Shown: one piece after another, positions 59,874 to 64,000 of the stretch
Layout of the letters: each line of letters begins with the position of its first letter
Numbering within the stretch: the stretch's first letter is position 1
DNA from: Batkoa obscura
Lineage: Eukaryota
Length of the DNA stretch: 64,000 nt
Direction: 5' to 3'
Assembly (NCBI GenBank): GCA_030770535.1
Contig: JASVEC010000001.1
Span: 1 to 64,000, forward strand
Notes under the pieces: model-generated
Database searches by the model: none
Seen by the model: the letters and a program-made list of their open reading frames with translations, nothing else
Told to the model about the DNA's origin: nothing
Program-made: the position numbers and the translations under genes

Positions 59874-61754
59874 CTACTCTGGAATAACTGAAGGAATAAA
59901 TAATTTGGCAGAGAAAGTAAAAACAGAACCTCTTCCTTTACAAGAGCGTATGGCCATATTACCATGGAATAGCTTGATGTAATGACTTAACATCCAGAAG
60001 CCTAAGCCTAATTCAATATTATTTGATAAGTCAGTAACTAATTTATCATCATTATCGCTTAATGTTCTAGTATCACAATCAATTTGGTTAATAGCACGTA
60101 TAATCTTAGACACTTGATCATTACGCATACCAATACCAAAGTCAACTATATGGAAGTAAAATACTTTTTTAGAGTAAGTTTTTGGCAATGTAGGATCAGT
60201 TTCAATAGGATAAATCAAGTTCTCCGTGTTAGAGATAAAAGAAGGATTGTATTGACTATCAAAAGTACAGCATCTTGGATCTTTTAAGAAAGGAATGAAT
60301 GCTGCGGGTGGATCTTCATTTAAAGAGATAAAAACGGAGACGTCTTGATCTCTACTACTGTATTTAATAGAGTTATTGAGTAATATAGACATGGCTTGTT
60401 TTAACCTTAATTGGTCACCTATGATAAACTGTGGAGTATTAGGTAATATATTGAGATGGAATTGAACGTTTTTAGTTTGTGCATAATTAGATTGTTGCTC
60501 AAATACACTAGTTACTAATTGATTTATATTTAATGTTTGATTAATAAGGGTTAATTGATTAGATTCAATTTTAACAGATTCATCTAAGTTTAATAAGATA
60601 CCATCTAATTGATTAAAGCAATTATTTATATAGTTAAATTGCATTATTTGTTCTTCATTTAAGTTATTATGTTGGGCTATAGCTTGTAAATACTCCTTAA
60701 TATACCTAAGTGGGTCATTTAATTCTTTATTTAAATGCATAATCAATTTCGATTTAAATTGATTATTAATGTCAGCATCCTGTTTTAATTGATACAAATT
60801 ATGATTATTACGCATTTGATTTTGAATCTTCTTTAAATGATATGATTCCAATTGAATTTGTCTTGCTTGTTGTAAAGCAATTTCTAATTGTACTAACACA
60901 TCCTCAAACATCTCAAGATCTTCTTCATTCAAAATGATACTTTCTTGCTCATAAAACCCTAAGATAAAGCCTTTACCACCATTTTCACTCATTTCAAAGG
61001 ACATAGCTAAGCCACTCTTAAACAAAGCACCCCTTTGTTTATTAACTAATTCTATCATATCGTTGCAATTCAAATGTAAAGTACAAGTAGTACAAATAAT
61101 CTTTTTGACAATATCATTGTTTGGGTCCATGTTAATAGTTTTCCAATAATGAGCTTTGATACCAGAATTTTCTTTGACCTGGTTATGAGTCTGGATATAC
61201 TCGGAATAACAAATGAGATCACCATTGACCTCATCAGGTAAAAAGATAGCCAAGCCACTGAAATTCAAGTTGATACTTAACTCATGGACCACTACGTCAC
61301 AAATCACTTCCACATCCAATTTTTTACGGATTTGATTGGTGATTTTACGAAACTTTCTTAGCACATCATTAGCAACCTGTAAACTTTGCTCATGTTTTAT
61401 ACGAAAGCCTAATTCTTCTTGAAGCAATGCAGTTCTTACAGGTAATGAAAATACTTTTGGGATAACAAAGATAAGAACACAAGCGGTAGCAAAAGACACA
61501 ACAGCACACAAAACTTTAGAAGCTAATAAAACCGGGTCCGTTCGGGTCCATGGTACCCATATAGCTACTAAATGGGTAATACCACAAGCGGTAATAAAAA
61601 CTTCAAAAAATACTAAAACATATTTAAAAGGCAAAGGACGTGTCAATGAACGTTGAAAAAACCATATTTCAATTGGAATAGCAAAATAAGATAAACAAAT
61701 GATAATGTCGGACACTACGGTACCTATAACTATTGGGTCAGAAAGGTCCAGCAT
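59874..61754 (-). CDS. ETR1/ERS-like ethylene receptor homologue: ethylene-binding domain, GAF and degenerate histidine kinase, no receiver; intronless
   Basis: SDIIICLSYFAIPIEIWFF and FITACGITHL parallel Arabidopsis ETR1 SDFFIAIAYFSIPLELIYF and FIVLCGATHL; K..CAVVSFATA..L..VIP; IRKKLD..I (GAF start); GDQLRLKQ..LLNNSIKYS, DFGIG, GLG, G.GSVFTF. Confidence 0.92.
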   Translation of the reverse strand: MLDLSDPIVIGTVVSDIIICLSYFAIPIEIWFFQRSLTRPLPFKYVLVFFEVFITACGITHLVAIWVPWTRTDPVLLASKVLCAVVSFATACVLIFVIPKVFSLPVRTALLQEELGFRIKHEQSLQVANDVLRKFRKITNQIRKKLDVEVICDVVVHELSINLNFSGLAIFLPDEVNGDLICYSEYIQTHNQVKENSGIKAHYWKTINMDPNNDIVKKIICTTCTLHLNCNDMIELVNKQRGALFKSGLAMSFEMSENGGKGFILGFYEQESIILNEEDLEMFEDVLVQLEIALQQARQIQLESYHLKKIQNQMRNNHNLYQLKQDADINNQFKSKLIMHLNKELNDPLRYIKEYLQAIAQHNNLNEEQIMQFNYINNCFNQLDGILLNLDESVKIESNQLTLINQTLNINQLVTSVFEQQSNYAQTKNVQFHLNILPNTPQFIIGDQLRLKQAMSILLNNSIKYSSRDQDVSVFISLNEDPPAAFIPFLKDPRCCTFDSQYNPSFISNTENLIYPIETDPTLPKTYSKKVFYFHIVDFGIGMRNDQVSKIIRAINQIDCDTRTLSDNDDKLVTDLSNNIELGLGFWMLSHYIKLFHGNMAIRSCKGRGSVFTFSAKLFIPSVIPE

Positions 61755-63451
61755 ATTGATAGGTGAATATTTCTTTATAAATTAAGTTTATTAAAATCAT
61801 TTATTTATTGTTTGAGGCTTTTTATATGTCTAAGTTTAGATTTATTTTGAGTATCTTTTTTATTTGTATACACCCCTTACTTTTACTCCATGTTTAATAA
61901 GGGAACCATATTTTTAGAATGCAAAAAAAGAGAATATTATTTGTCTGGATGGCATTAAAATTAAAATTAAAATTAAAACTTGTATAAAATTTAAAAAGAA
62001 CTTGTTAATTATATTAACTATAAAATTTATATTATTAAATTATAATATAAATAGTATAAAAATAAATATAATATAATTTTATTTATATTATTTTACTTTG
62101 AATCTTCACGTAAAAAGCCCAATTTAATAAAGTAGTATTGGTCTTACATTGCTCCTTAAACAAAGATTAAAAGAAGTTAACTTTTTTGTATATTTTATTT
62201 TCAAACATAGTAATTTTACATACTAAAAATTACAGTTACTAATAGATTATTAAAATTTGTAACAATAATATTGATCGAACAGTCTAAGTCTAGTATCTAT
62301 AAATTATATTAACCTTTAGTTAATCGGAGTTGTAATATATTGAACTTATTAACTTGAATTCTATATTTATTTAAAACATATTATATAAAATGTAAGTTTA
62401 GTTAAAAAAATAAGTAAGATAGATTAATAACAAATTTAATAAACAAGTTATGCTGTGTTGATTGAGATAGTATTGTTTTTAATAAATAAAAAGAAAATTA
62501 AAGAAAGTCTAGATATTTATAAGATTTAATTAGCATTTATTCAAAAATTGAAAAAAACTAAATATCAGCATAATAAAGCATAAAAATATAAAATAAATAG
62601 AAATCATTTTTAACCACCACTTATTTTAATTCAAATATTATTTTTATTAATGCATCATCTAACTTTTAAAACAATAATAATATGGTAACTATAAAATTTA
62701 TGCTAATTAATATAAATACTTTATTAACATATTAATTATGTTTTATTTATAAAAGATTAATCCCTTGATCCTTAAACTCATTATCATTATTATTGTATAA
62801 AATCAAATAAATGACAAGAAATTAAACTAAGGAAGTTTATTCTTTATAAAAAGGAGATAATAAGGTAACTTGATAATTACTATAGTCAATTAGGCTAGTA
62901 ATATTTGATAAAAAGGGATAAGCAAGATGGGAAATATATGAAGTTTATCAATAGAGCTAAATATTTGATATTAATAGATTATGATTGTGAGTATGTAGTT
63001 AGTATTATAAAATTCAATTTAAAAATAATTTATTTTTTCAATAAAAGAAACTAACGAGATTATCTTTAAAGATTAAGTAAAAGGGAAATAAGCAATAAGC
63101 TTAGTTTGTTTTTAAAAGGTGGGTAGTAATTTAATACGATTAAAAGTTTAGAATAATGCTCATTTATGATCCTTTTTTTAAGATAAGAAAATGTAAAAAT
63201 ACTAAATTGAATAAAATCAGGAGCAGTCAAAAAAGTCACAGTAATAACAATAAAGTATCATGAAGAATAAAAACAATCTAAAGCTGATTATTATTTAAAA
63301 TAGATAATTAATAATACAAATCTACTTTATAATAACAAAACGTAATTAAAAGCATACTAATCTTTTTAAAAATAATAAAAAAACATTGCATTTACTCACA
63401 AATTTCTTGCATTTGTAATTTTATCTTAATGCTCTCCTCATGAAAGCTATC

Positions 63452-63551
63452 TGGGGCTGTTTTTTTTGGCTTCATTACTTTTTCCATTTTTTAAGCGCTA
63501 TTTGAGTGGAAAAATTGTTAGTGAAATTCTTAAACACAAAAATACATCCCA
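63452..63551 (+). mobile_element. MITE family M, copy 13
   Basis: TGGGGCTGTTTTTTTTGG...AATACATCCCA. Confidence 0.9.
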
Positions 63552-64000
63552 TCTGTTCAATTACTAATCAATTTTTAAGTTGAAGTCGCTTTCTCCTTAT
63601 CCATCTTACTCTTTAACTCACATTTCATCTCATTTTAGAATCGGCTACAGTTAAGATGCCTTTTTTTATAAAAATAGTTAAATTATTGTTCAAATTTGTT
63701 GCTAAAAATGAAACTGAGCAAATTGATTAAATTTATTAGGTGGGTTTCATTAGCCTGAGGTTCAATATTTCCCGATTATAGTTTTTTACATAAAAGGAAC
63801 AGATTAACCTAGCGTTAAGGGGCTTGGACATAATTAAAACTGACAGGGTCTTGTTTTTGAAGGAGGGTTTTCAATTTTGCCAAAGGATCGTGTAGTTGTT
63901 AGGTATCAGCACATAGTCTTCTCAGGATTTATTATATATCTCATTAACTATCTGCTTTGTAAAACCTTTGATAAATAGGAATGTTTTTTACCTATTTGCC

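Noticed and set aside
2316..61258. Short antisense or alternate-frame ORFs (e.g. 2316-2510, 9186-9563, 10563-10826, 15212-15547, 19195-19494, 23453-23686, 24605-24826, 25323-25562, 26555-26746, 27774-27968, 51064-51318, 56041-56232, 60084-60287, 61070-61258)
   Set aside because: They overlap well-supported genes or MITEs and have no independent coding signal.
4763..63551. Recurrent ~100-bp motif as a CRISPR array, tRNA or SINE
   Set aside because: Dispersed, in both orientations and bounded by TIRs; no spacers, cloverleaf, A/B boxes or poly-A tail.
63700..64000. Relatively GC-richer stretch at the window end (ncRNA or gene relic)
   Set aside because: No recognisable RNA structure or uninterrupted frame, and truncated by the window edge.

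Overview
This is the left end of a very AT-rich eukaryotic chromosome, almost certainly fungal. The (CCCTAA)n telomere, ~50-nt GT-AG introns, ERG25 and an ethylene-receptor homologue point to an early-diverging lineage such as Zoopagomycota/Conidiobolus-like; that placement is inference. The telomere (1-704) abuts a solo-LTR-like element, and housekeeping genes begin ~1.2 kb in. About 26 protein-coding genes are supported: proline iminopeptidase, SIL1, PI31, two secreted expansin-like/CBM19-like paralogues, a P450, SCO1, two 7TM-RGS receptors, an UNC-93-like MFS transporter, ERG25, UTP11, GPI-PLD, PTR2, cystinosin, VPS9, GRHPR, a LysM protein, a KDEL-tailed Shewanella-like phosphatase, STE20, a TrhO/TSTD2-like rhodanese, a PHP protein, a TspO-like protein, an ETR1-like receptor and two orphans. 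Intergenic DNA holds 13 copies of a ~100-bp MITE, four copies of an LTR-like family and three other MITEs. Most notable: (i) an ethylene-receptor homologue with an intact Cu/ethylene-binding motif but Lys at the phospho-His position and no receiver domain; (ii) a C>T/G>A-hypermutated LTR copy and a decayed MYST acetyltransferase relic, suggesting RIP-like or methylation-driven mutation; (iii) the exact telomere-LTR junction; (iv) tandem expansin-like proteins with a chitin-binding-type module; (v) duplicated 7TM-RGS genes with gene-conversion-like patches. All calls come from reading motifs by eye; no searches were run.
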